A stretch of 61,253 nt of DNA, taken from positions 1 to 61,253 of the forward strand of contig NW_021832555.1 of assembly GCF_006345805.1 (NCBI RefSeq). Direction: 5' to 3'. Made by a program: the position numbers and the translations under genes. Of this stretch, positions 1-13,205 are shown one piece after another (within the stretch, counting starts at the first letter, position 1; every line of letters begins with the position of its first letter). The notes beneath the pieces were generated by a model. That model saw only the letters and a list, made by a program, of their open reading frames with translations, was not told the DNA's origin and did not search any database. Source of the stretch: Octopus sinensis (lineage: Eukaryota).

Positions 1-6
1 TATGTA

Positions 7-135
7 TTGTATCTATCTATCTATCTATCTATCAGATAGATAATAGATAGATAGATCGATAGATAGATAGATAGATGATAGATAGACAGATAGATAGATA
101 GATAGACAGACAGATAGATAGATAGATAGATAGAT

Positions 136-170
<35 letters not shown>
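7..170. repeat. (TATC)n/(GATA)n microsatellite
   Basis: Directly visible tetranucleotide array. Confidence 0.95.
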
Positions 171-171
<1 letters not shown>

Positions 172-871
172 GTTATGTAGAGAAGTGGGGCATGTTGTTT
201 ACATGCGAAACAGGGCGGGTACGTGGTTGTTTACTTTAGGGTGTGGTAGGGCTTTTCTTTATCGTTGCCAGTGACATCATATTAGAAAGATGAAAGGGTT
301 CCGATTGGGTGAAAGTAGAGGATGGGTTAAGTGGGAGTAGGATGAGGAATACAAACAGTTGGGGAAGAGAGTGAAAGAAACTGGGCGTGAAAAACATGTC
401 CAAGTATGAAAATGTTTGGTATTCCGTGTATGCTTCGAAAGCATGTGATTATGGAGAGGGTGTTCGTTTGCTCGTCAAAGTTTGTTCAATGTATGTTTGT
501 GCACATATGTGAATATATATGTGTTTGTGTGGTTTGAATAATGCGTCTGAGCTTGTATATTTATGTATGCGCGTATTTACGATCGTTGCTGTCTGTGTCT
601 GTGAAAATATCTGCCGCGGCAACATTCTGCTAAAAGTACCATATTTAAATCTTACATTTAATCCCATGAGTTTAAATCCCAGTCAAGTTGAATTTGTCAA
701 TGATAACACCACAGTCAATAAATCCTCACCTAAAATGAAATCAACCGTATGTCATAAAAGGTTACCAGTATTATTATTATTATTATTAGGGCTGTTGATT
801 TGTACAAATGCTTAGCGGTATCTCGTCCGTTTTCTCGTTGAACGAAATAGCTTACGATATTTCTTCAGGTT

Positions 872-1088
872 AAGGCAGCGAGCTGGCAGAATCGTTAGCA
901 CGCTGGGCAAAATGCTTAGCGGCATCTCGTCCGTTTTCTCGTTCGAGTTCAAATTCCGCCGAGGACTACTTTGTATTTAATCTCTTCGGGGTCGATGAAA
1001 TAAGTACCAGTTGAACATTAAGGTCAATGTAATCATCTTATCCCTTTCCCGAAATTGCTTGCCTTATGCCAGAATTTGGAACAGATAT
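872..1088 (+). mobile_element. tRNA-derived SINE, group A (tail type A1), with 14-bp TSD
   Basis: Head AAGGCAGCGAGCTGGCAGAATCGTTAGC, B-box-like GAGTTCAAATTCC and core GGGGTCGAT..AAGTACCAG. TSD tatttcttcaggtt at 858-871 and 1089-1102. The same family recurs more than 20 times in the window. It resembles the known octopus tRNA-derived SINEs (OK/OR1/OR2); the exact family is not assigned. Confidence 0.9.
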
Positions 1089-1145
1089 TATTTCTTCAGG
1101 TTCTTTATAATCTCACTTCATATCTCGCCGAGATCAACTTTGCCC

Positions 1146-1357
1146 CACCTGCAAGGTCATGCGCTGTTTATCATATGAGATCACCATGTCGTGCACGATG
1201 TGGTTGTGATGCATGTGCCTGGTGTACCCTTATCAGACGGGAAGTCATAATGGGTATACTGGGCTTCGTATGTTTTACCCCAGTGTCACTTTGATGACAT
1301 GCACTGCTCTCTCACTCAATAATAATAATAATAATAATAATATAATAATAATAATAC
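1146..1357 (+). mobile_element. 3' end of a non-LTR retroelement (family C) with (AAT)n tail
   Basis: ATGTGCCTGGTGTACC...GCACTGCTCTCTCACTC(AAT)n. A near-identical, more 5'-truncated copy lies at 30486-30609. Confidence 0.7.
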
Positions 1358-2459
1358 TAAACTGATGCGGTCTCTATCAGTGGCACAATGAGGATTTGTA
1401 AGACTTTCCCAAAATTCTCCGTCCGAGATTCTTATGTGAATAGATGCACACACTTGGGTGTATGTAGCTACTGTTCAACCGACACACCACCTCAATCACA
1501 TATTTACAAACACCACAGACTTCTCTTCACTCAAAATGTCTTGTCGCTTTTTTAACGACCGGTTCGAACTCTCTCAAGAACTTAGATAAAACTTAAAGAA
1601 AATACCTACCTACCTACATACATACATACATACATACATACAACGACTAAATATACTTGTATGCCATCCAGTCATTATCTTCAGCATATCCAATGTTCCA
1701 CGTTTAACGTTTTCTTTTAAGTCAGAGGAGAGTGGTATGAAAGACATTTAGCTACCATTTCTAGTACTGTTAACGACCCTCATTGGATCATCGTTAACGA
1801 TACTGTAAAGAAGAGACAGATTGGTATATGGGTATCATAGCACACACACACACATACATACATACATACATACACACATGCATACTTACACGTACATACA
1901 TGCACGCATGCATACATACATGCACGCATGCATACATACATGCACGCATACATACATACATGCACACATACATACTTACACGTAAATACATCCACGCATG
2001 CATACATACACACGCACACTCATACATACTAAATCTAACGGATATTTCTTAAAAGCTTCTATTGAGTTATGGCTTTCAGTGAAATTGGTAACGAATTCTT
2101 GAAGAATTTGTCTATGATTGAGTCATTTATTCTGCACCGCAACTACCAAACCATCACATCCACCACCAGTACCAGCACCACGACTACCACCACCACCACC
2201 CTTTCCCACGCTACCCCTAAACAAGATTGTTGTTAAAGTAGTAGTTATAGTACTCGTAGTATTACTAAAGCAATGATTATTGCAATTGGTCTGCAGGTAT
2301 TCGTGTTGTTAGCCTTGCAATGTTTGAGCTAAGGGTTCTTTTGTTAGACTCATTCCCTCCATGACCATCCAGCAAATTTCTTTTTCTCCCTTCTTTTCTT
2401 GTTTTAGAGGAGTCTAACCTAAACCATATTATTAGACAGAGGTCTGAGTATCATCTTGG

Positions 2460-2717
2460 TATATCGTAGTTGATGATGATAATGATGATAATGATGATTT
2501 AGTAGTAGTTGTTGTTATTGTTGTTGTTGATGCTGCTGATGAAGATGATGATGATGATGATGGTGGTGGTAGTGGTGGTGGTTGTAGCGGTAGTAATGGT
2601 GGTGGAGATGTTAGCTGTGAATATTGATGATGGTGAAGGCGAAGGTGATGGTAATGAAAGTGTTGTAGTTGATGACATGAAATGAGTCACCAATTAATGT
2701 TCCTAAAAACAATTAGA

Positions 2718-2757
<40 letters not shown>

Positions 2758-2825
2758 GTCATCATCGTCGTCGTTATCCTCGTCGGTGTCGTTGTCATCG
2801 TTGTCATCACGCTCATCATGATCAT
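2460..2825. repeat. Compound trinucleotide repeats (GAT/GGT)n followed by (CAT)n
   Basis: Directly visible; source of the low-complexity ORFs here. Confidence 0.9.
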
Positions 2826-3860
2826 TGATGTTACATTTAGAAATCACCAATCTTCCGGCCATGTTGCCATCTCTCATCCCCTCTTCACCGATTCCCCCCA
2901 TGCCCTCTTTCCTCTCTCTTTCTTTCTCTCTCCTCTTTCCCATTCTTCCTCTTCCTCTCACTCTCACCCTCTCCTCTTTCTCATTCCTCTCTCTTCTTTT
3001 CTCCACCCCCCTTGCTCTCCCAACCTCCCTCTAATCTTACCCCTCCTGCGATACTCTACCCCCCACCCCGTCTATTATTGATAGACAACTCCAATCTAAG
3101 ACGACCACCCGCTACTCCTCGACTCTGAAACATTGACACAGATTTAAAGGTATTAAGGTCAGGGTGGGTCTGTGTATACGGCAGAGGATTGCCGTGTGTA
3201 CATGTCTGTCTGTCAGTGCACGTATGTACATTATGTACGTGTCTCTCTCTGCGCGTGTCTGCCTGAGTGTGAGTGCGGTGAAATGTTGTTATGAGGGAAT
3301 TTCGTATGAGTATGTGTGATTGAGTGTGTGTGTATGAGTATAAATGTGTGAGTGTATTTGCGTGTGTGCTATGTGTTTGTATATATGTGTAACTGCGTTT
3401 ATGTAGACGGCTTAAGAACTTGTATGAGTTTCTTTAGTCAATGTTTATCTGTGTGTGAGTGCACGCGTGCGAGTGTATGTGTGCATGTGCAAATACGCTT
3501 TTGTAGTCAAAGGGTGCTTTTGTGTTTGTGCATGTGTGTGTTTGAGGTGTTTTGAGATGAACGCATTTGCCTGTATACACATGCACTTATATACGTACGT
3601 AATGCATGCAGGTACATGTGTGTGAGCGTGTTCTGTGTGTGTGTCCGTAAGGAGAAAATTACTGGATATAGTGCTAAAGAATAATGATTTATTTCAGCTG
3701 ACCCATTTGAAAGAACATGGTGGATGATCTAGTTAATTCCGTCTGATGAACCAACAGGAGTTTGGGGAAACCCTGGCGAACTATTTAAATGGATCATCAG
3801 AAATAGATTATTTATATGTGTGTCAACGCGTGAGCATGTAAGTATATATGCATGTGTATA

Positions 3861-3898
<38 letters not shown>

Positions 3899-5262
3899 GC
3901 GTGTGTGTGTGTGTGAGTGTGTGTGTATGTATGTATATATGTATATATATATATATAGAGAGAGAGAGAGAAAGAAAGTGAGAATATATACGTGTGAATG
4001 CTTATACAAGTGAATATATATGTGTGTGCGCGCGCACGCATGTATGTATTTATATACATATTCGCACATGTGTATATAAATGTGTGCATGTGCTTATATA
4101 TGAGTGCAGTATCACATAATATCTAGATAATTTTTGTTTTATATATAATCATAAATACGTTTCTGTACATTTACATACATACAGGCAAAAACAATATACA
4201 AATAAACTTCTACCCGAGTAGAAATTCAAGAAAACGGAAAGAAGTTGTAAGTTCATTTGCAGCTTTTTAAAAATATTTTTCATGTACATTGTCTATCTTC
4301 ATATTCTCATGATTTTCAAAATTAGTGTCATTCTAAATGTTCACTTAATGGAATCTGTCTCTTATTTGAAATCAGTATTTGTTGCCTAAAAATATTGAGT
4401 CTGTTTCTCAAGTTGATTATTTATGTAAGTTTCATTACAGCTGTTTCGTGTCATGGCAGAAACTAATTATTTTCTGACAAACAACTACAGCGATTTTTTT
4501 TATTTTTTTACTGTAGGTCTCATAATTAGGACGACTATACATCTTCACAACTGGTGTTGCGCTTTTCGTAAGTTATTTGGGTCTGGTAAAGAAACTTTTA
4601 GGTTTTACTGAGTTTAACTTTTGTTTATTTTGGACATTTCGAGTGCATTTCTTTTAACTTTTGGAACTAAACACTCATAAATCGAAACTATGTCATTTGG
4701 AACATGATTGAAAATTATGGCAGAACAGAAATATATGAAAACTGAATTTATCCAAAAACGACTGTTCTTCCCGAGAAAATACAAATTAAACCTATCCATA
4801 ATGAACTTGAATATGAAAGAAAAAAATGGCTACAGATAAATTCAAAATGAAAAAAATGGCTTTGCACGAATTCAAGCTGTCATGTGATCCAATACGCTCA
4901 ATTATTTATACTGTCACATGACACTTTTTTCTGGACACAGACAGACAAAAGTTTTGGCACATTAATAATTCATGCAGCTTTCATAGCCCTCTGACCTCGT
5001 AACCTGCTTAAACCAATCAAACTATAGCTCAACTTGCGTCGAGTTAAATCGTGATTTATGCATAGAAAGCAAAAACTATTCAAAGTCCAGTCAGCGTCGA
5101 GGCAAATAGTCCATGTCTACCAATTTGATCCTAAATTTGAAAGTCAAGAATATGGTAACCAGTAATGTAAACGGGAATATTTCAAAGACTCCTGGTGCAT
5201 TTTCTACAATTTTTGTCCTACACGCGTACAACACACTCACAGACATGCACGCGCACACACAC

Positions 5263-5322
<60 letters not shown>

Positions 5323-6885
5323 CTCCATTATATATATATATTATATATATATATATTATATATATGTGTGTGTGTGTGTGTATGTATGTATATATATATA
5401 TGTATATATGTACACACAAACATACATGCTTATTGGCAATATATATACACATATGTGCGTCTATATATGTCTATATGTACATATACATAAACATATTCAT
5501 TTATACATATTTATATATACACACACATGTGTGCGTGTGTGCGTGTGTATACATACACACGTGTGTGTGTGTGTGGTATAGCTATGTGTAAATGTAAGTT
5601 TATATGTAACTGAGTGTGAAATACTTGATTCTCGTTGGCACATTCTAAATTCCCTCCTGAGATAGAAATATTTCTCTATATTTATTTATTTATTTCAGTT
5701 ATTTCTGTGACAAAAAAGTGACAGTATTCATGCAGTGTGCAGAGAAATACAGTCATAGACAAGAAGCATATACGTATATACGTCCGTGTGTGCGTGCGTG
5801 TGTGTATGCGTGCGTTTGTATGTGTGTGTGTATACTTTAATTTGAAGCAACATGAACTTAAGTTCAGTGACTGAGATAGCCACGACAATAGAAAATGAAA
5901 GAAAACAAAACAAATAGCACAAGAACTTGTTTGTTTTTTTTGTTGCATTTGTTTTTACTTTCGTTGTAACGAGTGGCATTCTCAGTAATTTTTAATAATT
6001 CATACATATATACATATGTATATGTTTATGTGTTATATATTTATATACATACGTATATATATATATATATATAATATATATATATATATTATATACTACA
6101 TACATATATACATATATATATATATGTATATATATATTATACACATACATATATATATATAATATTATATATAACACCACACCTATATACATATATATAT
6201 ATGTATATCTAATATAATATATATGTGTGTGTGTGTATGTGTGTGTGTATGTGTGTGTGTACACACACATATACATACAAAGATTCACACGTTTATAGAT
6301 GACTTTGTTGGTTGCAAAACTGTCTCAAGGAGCGTGAGTTTGGTAAGAGACAATGCAGAAGACTCTCGGCCAGTGAATCACTTATGTAAATTTCCATCAA
6401 AAAATAAAAGTACACTCACTCACACACACACACACACACACCACACACACACACACACACCACACACACTCACTCACTCACTCTCTCTCTCTCTCACGTA
6501 CACATTTTATAAAAGTCATTTTGTCTGGTACTTTAAGTTTCACTCTGAGCACTCATTCAACTAATGACATTTATATAATAACTTAAACCGGATTGGCTTC
6601 TAAAATTAGGAAAGATAAATGCATTCATATGTGATATCCCATATATAGGATTTTCAGTTTTCATGATATAGATTCATGTTTCTTGTGGAAACGTATATAC
6701 AACTATACAATATTACACACACACAAACACACACAGAGCCACATACGTTTCTCTTTATTGAGCCCTTTGTTAATCATTTACATAAACAAATATTAATTAT
6801 GTTTAGTTTTATAAGTTTATATATATATATACATATATATATATACTTAGAAATGGATGCGTTGCGTCCAATAAAATAATAAATG

Positions 6886-6938
<53 letters not shown>

Positions 6939-7506
6939 TATATATAAATATATATATATTTCATGATATATATACATATACATATACATACATACATACA
7001 TACATATATGCATTTTTTATATATATACACACATACATATATATATATATACAGTCACACTCAGACATGAATATATAGATGGATGGATTAGGTAGGAGAT
7101 ATCTCATTCTGTATTTTTTTATATGAACATATGGTCTATCCTCTTAATTAACCAGCGAACTTCAAATCTAAGGTAGTGAGATGTAATGAAATAATTTACG
7201 AATAAATTGAATACGATTATTTCTCATACAAACTGCCCCTAATTCTAAAGAATGTGAGACATTGCGACCCTGAAAACATAACATTGAACTGAACAATGAA
7301 TATCATAAAAACTTGGTGAATGTCTCAGAATTTTCTAGAATTGTCAGCTTAGTATTAATCGCGATTCTTCAACGTATCTCTCTGATAATCTTCTGGCTTA
7401 ATGGCAAAGATATGTTGAAGTAGCATCCACATTGATTATTTCGATAGCATCTAGGGATGAAAGTTTGAAAGATGTGTTGAAGACGTGTACATTGAGATAA
7501 CTATCT

Positions 7507-7545
<39 letters not shown>

Positions 7546-7975
7546 ACATCTGCCTTTAAGATATGGTATACATGAATATAATACGAATGTCAAATATATT
7601 TCTTATCGTATATGAATATTAAAAGATATCATGCGCATGAACAACAATAGTCGAGGTTACGTTAACATACAGAATGCAGGGAGTATTAAAGTACCCGCTT
7701 AGAAATAAATTTTTGCTAGAATAATGGGAGACAATTGCGGACATTGTTCAGCTCGAATCTGACCTCATCAGCCATGTATGTTCTTTACATAAGATTTTTG
7801 TCCTAATTAACACTTTTAATGCTCCCCGTGTTAATTATGTTGATACTAAACTTAACTTAAAATTACATATTTTAACGTCGTTACACTTCATATTGGAGAT
7901 ATTTGCGTATGACAAATGCTGTCAAGAAATCTACTCTGTAGGTACAGTTAATATGTATCTTTATAGTAATGATAT

Positions 7976-8011
<36 letters not shown>

Positions 8012-8187
8012 CTAAAATATTCCCGGCATATTATATAGTGAAACACTCTTCCTGAGCACCAAGAATACATGCGACACGACGTGGCCCTTACTATATATTG
8101 TAACTTGTAGTTCTGTATCAGTGCAGAAAATGTAACTGTTCATATGTATCAGTGAGATTTTGCTCGTTGATGTATTATACAGAGATG

Positions 8188-8263
<76 letters not shown>

Positions 8264-8284
8264 TACAGACATATGATTATGTGG

Positions 8285-8412
8285 TGTGGCTACGCGGCTC
8301 CGGGTTCAGTCCCACTTCGTGACACCTTGGGTAATTGTCTGCTACTAGAACCTCGCGTTGACCAAAACCTTGAGTAGATTTTGTAGACGGAAACTGAAAG
8401 AAGCCTGTCGTA
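8285..8412 (+). mobile_element. SINE group B, 5' half
   Basis: CCGGGTTCAGTCCCAC..GACACCTTGGG..GTAGACGGAAACTGAAAGAAGCCTGTCG matches the full copy at 16801-17227. Confidence 0.8.
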
Positions 8413-9190
8413 TGTGTATATATATGCATATATATGTGTGTGTGTGTGTGTGTGCATATATATATAATATATATATATATATCAGAGGCTTTTCTAGGAC
8501 ATCAGCGTCACTCGGGGTCATCACCTTTTTCGCATAAGACAACATGCCTGCTCGAAGGATTTCACCGTTTTCCGCCTTTTTTACAAGCCCCAAATGGTTA
8601 ATTTTTTATTTATATCTATCAACAAGTCTTTCTCCAATTATGATTTAAGAGGTAAAATAAAGCAACCCCGCGAAACACAACTGCCCTTTACACACAGACG
8701 CACAGAGTACCAGCGATCAAATAACGACAGCGGAGTACACAGCAAACATCAGCGATCTGACTGTAACCTGTACTCTTGACAAGAGATGCCAGTTAACTTT
8801 TGCTGGGATAATTTTCCGTTCCTTTAAGAATATTGTAGAACGGAAACTTTTCATCGATTGGCATTTAAATCTTGATCTCTATAGAAATTTATGGTTTCAA
8901 GAAAACACTGAATTTGAATTACTTTTAATTTTTATGTTCATAGGTAACAACTCAGGCTGTAACTTCTGAGCCTGAGTCAGTCACGTGTGAACGATGTCAA
9001 GAGAACGTCGCTACGATCGGCAGACGCTGAACGAAAATAAATAAACTGTGACCAGGCTCAATAGCTCAGGTTATTGGCAGCAATTACATACTTGAAGTCA
9101 GTTTTTGGCAGAAATGAAATCCGCTTGCAAATACACGTTCACTTCACTAAATTTATACTCGGGCTAAGCCCGAACAGCCCGAGTCACCAC

Positions 9191-9227
<37 letters not shown>

Positions 9228-9351
9228 ATATATGTGTGTGTGTGTGTAAATTCTAACTATTTATACACACAACACACACACATATAAATATATATATATT
9301 TATATGTATATATATATATACATATATATACATATATATATATATATTACA

Positions 9352-9403
<52 letters not shown>

Positions 9404-9493
9404 ATATATATACAATATATAATATATATACATATATATACATATATATATATATACAATATATACATATATATATATAATACACATATATAC

Positions 9494-9568
<75 letters not shown>

Positions 9569-10264
9569 AAAACACACATATGCACACACCGACGCACACA
9601 ATACCGACACACATAAACACACGCAGTCCAGTACATGTTTGCAGACCCATTTTTTCTATGTGACTGTGTGTGTGTGTGAGTGTATGGTGGTGGTGGTGGG
9701 GGTAGAAACTGCAAGCCATGAATAAATGTTTACAGATTTATACCGTTACAAATATCAAGTGTGATGTCAATGAAAGCTTCAAGTTCATACATAATGTCAC
9801 AGCAACTTCTGTCCAGTCTGTTTCCAGATGGTTCTCTCTTAGCCATCTCACCCTCCGTCTTTCTTTTCTCCTTCTTCTTCTTTTCCTCTTTCTCTCCCCC
9901 CACCCACAACGACCCTCTTCCTATTTATCCCGTTCTTCATTCCTAACCCGTCTTTGCACCTGGATCTACTCTCATTCAAACCTTGTTAAAGACCACTCGC
10001 CTTTCTCTCAACCCCACTCGCCCCACCGGCTTTCTTCACTGATTTGCATAATGCTTTCTCCATTTCTGGGATGTTGATGTCATCGTCGCCGTCGTGGTCG
10101 TGGTGGTGGTTGTTGTTGTTGTTGCAACTGTTGCTTATCGCACACGTACATTGTCGATTGAGTGTAAGCATATATGATTATGTGTGTTTAATGTATACAC
10201 AATATGGCATACATGCTTGTGTGCATATATACACATACGTACAAACACACGCACACACACACAC

Positions 10265-10296
<32 letters not shown>

Positions 10297-10388
10297 GCTT
10301 TATCCACATATACACATACGCGCACGCACGCACACACACACAAATATGCGTATGTGTGAACACACACAGCTTTATTTTGGTATTTTTA

Positions 10389-10559
10389 GGTATTTTGTCT
10401 GCTGCTACGTTCTGAGTTCAAATTCCGCCAAGGTCGACTTTGCCTTTCATCCTTTGGGGGTCGATTAAATAAGTACCAGTTACGCACTGGGGGCAACATA
10501 ATCGACTTAATCCGTCTGTCTGTCTTTGTCTCCTCTTGTTTGTGGGTAGTAAAGAAATA
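10389..10559 (+). mobile_element. SINE group A (tail type A2), 5'-truncated
   Basis: Core GAGGTCGACTTTGCCTTTCATCC-like sequence and tail GTGGGTAGTAAAGAAATA. Flanked by the direct repeat taggtattttg (10387-10397 and 10558-10568). Confidence 0.9.
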
Positions 10560-11015
10560 GGTATTTTGCTCATTCTTACATTATTATTAGTGTCGTTGTT
10601 GTTAGAACAGAGGAGTCGCCAGAGTGCCTTGTAGTATTTAGATAAGATTTTTTTATGATCTGAGTTCAAATTCTGCTGAAGTCTGCTTTGGCATTCATCT
10701 TCCCAGAATGTCATGTGATATGGCTAGAATCGCTAATTATGTAACCAGGTGCTGCACTTAAAAAAGTCACTGCATTTTTTTTAATATATTGACAACAATA
10801 ACGATTCCAGATATCGGCAACAGGACACTGGTACGGGAAGTGGAACGACGCCAGTATATTACTGGTACCTACGTTTGCCTCATTCAGAAGGATTTCAATA
10901 CTGCAAGACATTTGTATAGTGCTTTAGCAACACTTATTCTGGACAATAGTAATGTAAATGCATACATACGTACAGACTTATGTACTGATATTGCGTGTGT
11001 GTGTGTGTGTGCGTG

Positions 11016-11051
<36 letters not shown>

Positions 11052-11395
11052 CGTGTGTTTATATGTGTATATAAACGACTTTCTGCGTCCTCGTTATATT
11101 TATGCAATGAACGTAAAAATGCGTATGTTCGTGTATCCACGTCTGTAAATGAGACGTAGTTAGCAGCGTATGTATGTATATATAATATATACATACATAT
11201 ATATACACACACATATATATACATATATATATACATGCATATATATATGTGCGTATAAACCATCATAATGTCTAGAATACTCTCAACGTCCACCATTCGA
11301 TGTTTCTACACCTTTTTATAATCTCGTTTCAGCACAGTTCTTTCTTCACCTTTCCTGACATGACATACCTTCTCTCAGTACCCCTTTCCATAAAG

Positions 11396-11428
<33 letters not shown>

Positions 11429-11971
11429 ACACACACACACATACACACACACGCGTGACACACACATTGTTAACGTATTTCCCACCCGACAACAGCTCAA
11501 TGCATTTAGGTCTCCATTTCACACCAAATTTATAAATATTTAATAGTTAGGACGGGGCCCCTCATGACAATTACATTTCATATCATTACAAAGAATTAGC
11601 CATTATCGCATTGCGTGAACTTTTCTCGAATAACCCTCATCAACTCTTAAACTACTTATTTATAATCTTAACGAGATGTTTGAGCAACGAGTCCACACTC
11701 TCCCTGGATACGACGCTAGCCCGTCACAAGTACGCATGACTATGTAGTTAGAAGTTTACTTCGAATCACGTGTTTTCATTCGTTTGCATGTGTGTGTGTA
11801 TGTACCTGTTTGTGTGCCTCTCTGTGTGTGTGTGCCTGTGTGTGTGTGCCTATGTGTGCGTGCGCGCACTTCTGTATATGTGCATGTATGTATCAGAGAG
11901 AAAAAAAGAGAAGGTGTGTGTGTATGAAAGAGAGAGAGAGAGCGAGAGAGAGTGTGTGTGTGAGTGTGTAC

Positions 11972-12012
<41 letters not shown>

Positions 12013-12066
12013 CGTGCGTGTTTTGCAACAATGTTCTGACGTTGGTCATAGCACAATCGTTCTTCC

Positions 12067-12240
12067 AGAAGCGAGCTGGCAGAATCGTCAACACGTCGGG
12101 TAACATGCTAAGCGGCATTTCGTTCGTCTTTACGTTCTGAGTTCAAATTCCACCGAGGCCAACTTTGCCTTTCATCTTTTCGGGGTTGATGTAATCGACT
12201 TAACCACAAAACTGCTGGCCTTGAGCCAAAATTTGAAATA
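12067..12240 (+). mobile_element. SINE A1 with internal deletion
   Basis: Head and A1 tail (GGCCTTGAGCCAAAATTTGAAA) are present; the segment between the two internal GGGGTCGAT repeats is missing. Confidence 0.85.
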
Positions 12241-12282
12241 AAAAAAGGCCAACAATTTTGAAGGGAAGATGCAAGGCAGTTC

Positions 12283-12530
12283 CATGCACTCCAGTTCTGA
12301 CTTACTTTATTTTATCAACCTCGATAGAACGGAAAGGAAAATTGACCTCAACGGTTTTTTTTTTAAACTCAGAACATAAAGAATCAACATCATTCTGTTA
12401 ATATTGTTTCGAATTTTGGCACAAGGTCACTAATTTAGGAGGAGGAGGAGGAGGTAAATCAATCACGTCAACCGGTACTTGTTTTATCGACCCCGAAAGG
12501 ATGGAAGGCAAAGTCGACCTCGACGGAATC
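12283..12530 (-). mobile_element. Two partial SINE A copies in reverse orientation (about 12283-12385 and 12403-12530)
   Basis: Reverse-complement core TTTTATCGACCCCGAAAGGATGGAAGGCAAAGTCGACCTC and A1 tail AATTTTGGCACAAGG. Confidence 0.75.
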
Positions 12531-12559
12531 ATCATACTGTTAATATTACTGACAAATTG

Positions 12560-12784
12560 AAGGTGTCGAGCTGGCAGAATCGTTAGCAAGCCGGATGAAA
12601 TGTGTAGTGGCATCTCGTCCGTCTTTACGCTGTGAGTTTTAATTCCGTCGAGGTTGACTTTGCCTTTTATCCATTCGGGGTCGATAAAATAAAATAAGTA
12701 CTAATTGAGTACTGTGGTCAATGCAATCGACTCCCCACCGCCACCCGCCACAAAATTGCCGGCCTTGTGCCAAAATTTGAAATC
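12560..12784 (+). mobile_element. Full SINE A1 with 18-bp TSD
   Basis: Head, core and A1 tail present. TSD aatatta(c/a)tgacaaat(t/g)g at 12542-12559 and 12785-12802 (16/18 match). Confidence 0.9.
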
Positions 12785-13148
12785 AATATTAATGACAAAT
12801 GGTTAATATTAATGACACATGCCATTAAATATTGTTAGTATTTGCCATTCACTTTTAATATTACATTGTTAATATTTGACATCTACGTTAATAATTACTA
12901 AATTACTATCGTCATTTGGCCATGACTCGGCGGCTTTAACCGGATTAATGTGCTGAGAATAAGCATAACAATAATCAATAATTTTACATCAACCGATAAA
13001 TGAATTTCAAGATGACGTCACTAAGTGTTTTTGACAGGTTTGTTACCAACTGCGTTGACATGGTGTTACTAACAAGACTGACAAATCGTCGGTTGCGGCA
13101 TTAACATGACGTCACCGACTCTGTTGACATCACGTCAACAACTGTATT

Positions 13149-13205
13149 GCACTGGAGTGATATCACTGTACTGGAGTGATATCACTGCACTGGTGTGATA
13201 TCACG
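13149..13205. repeat. 3 x 19-bp tandem repeat GCACTGGAGTGATATCACT
   Basis: Units start at 13149, 13168 and 13187. The first two contain the 12-bp palindrome AGTGATATCACT. Confidence 0.9.
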
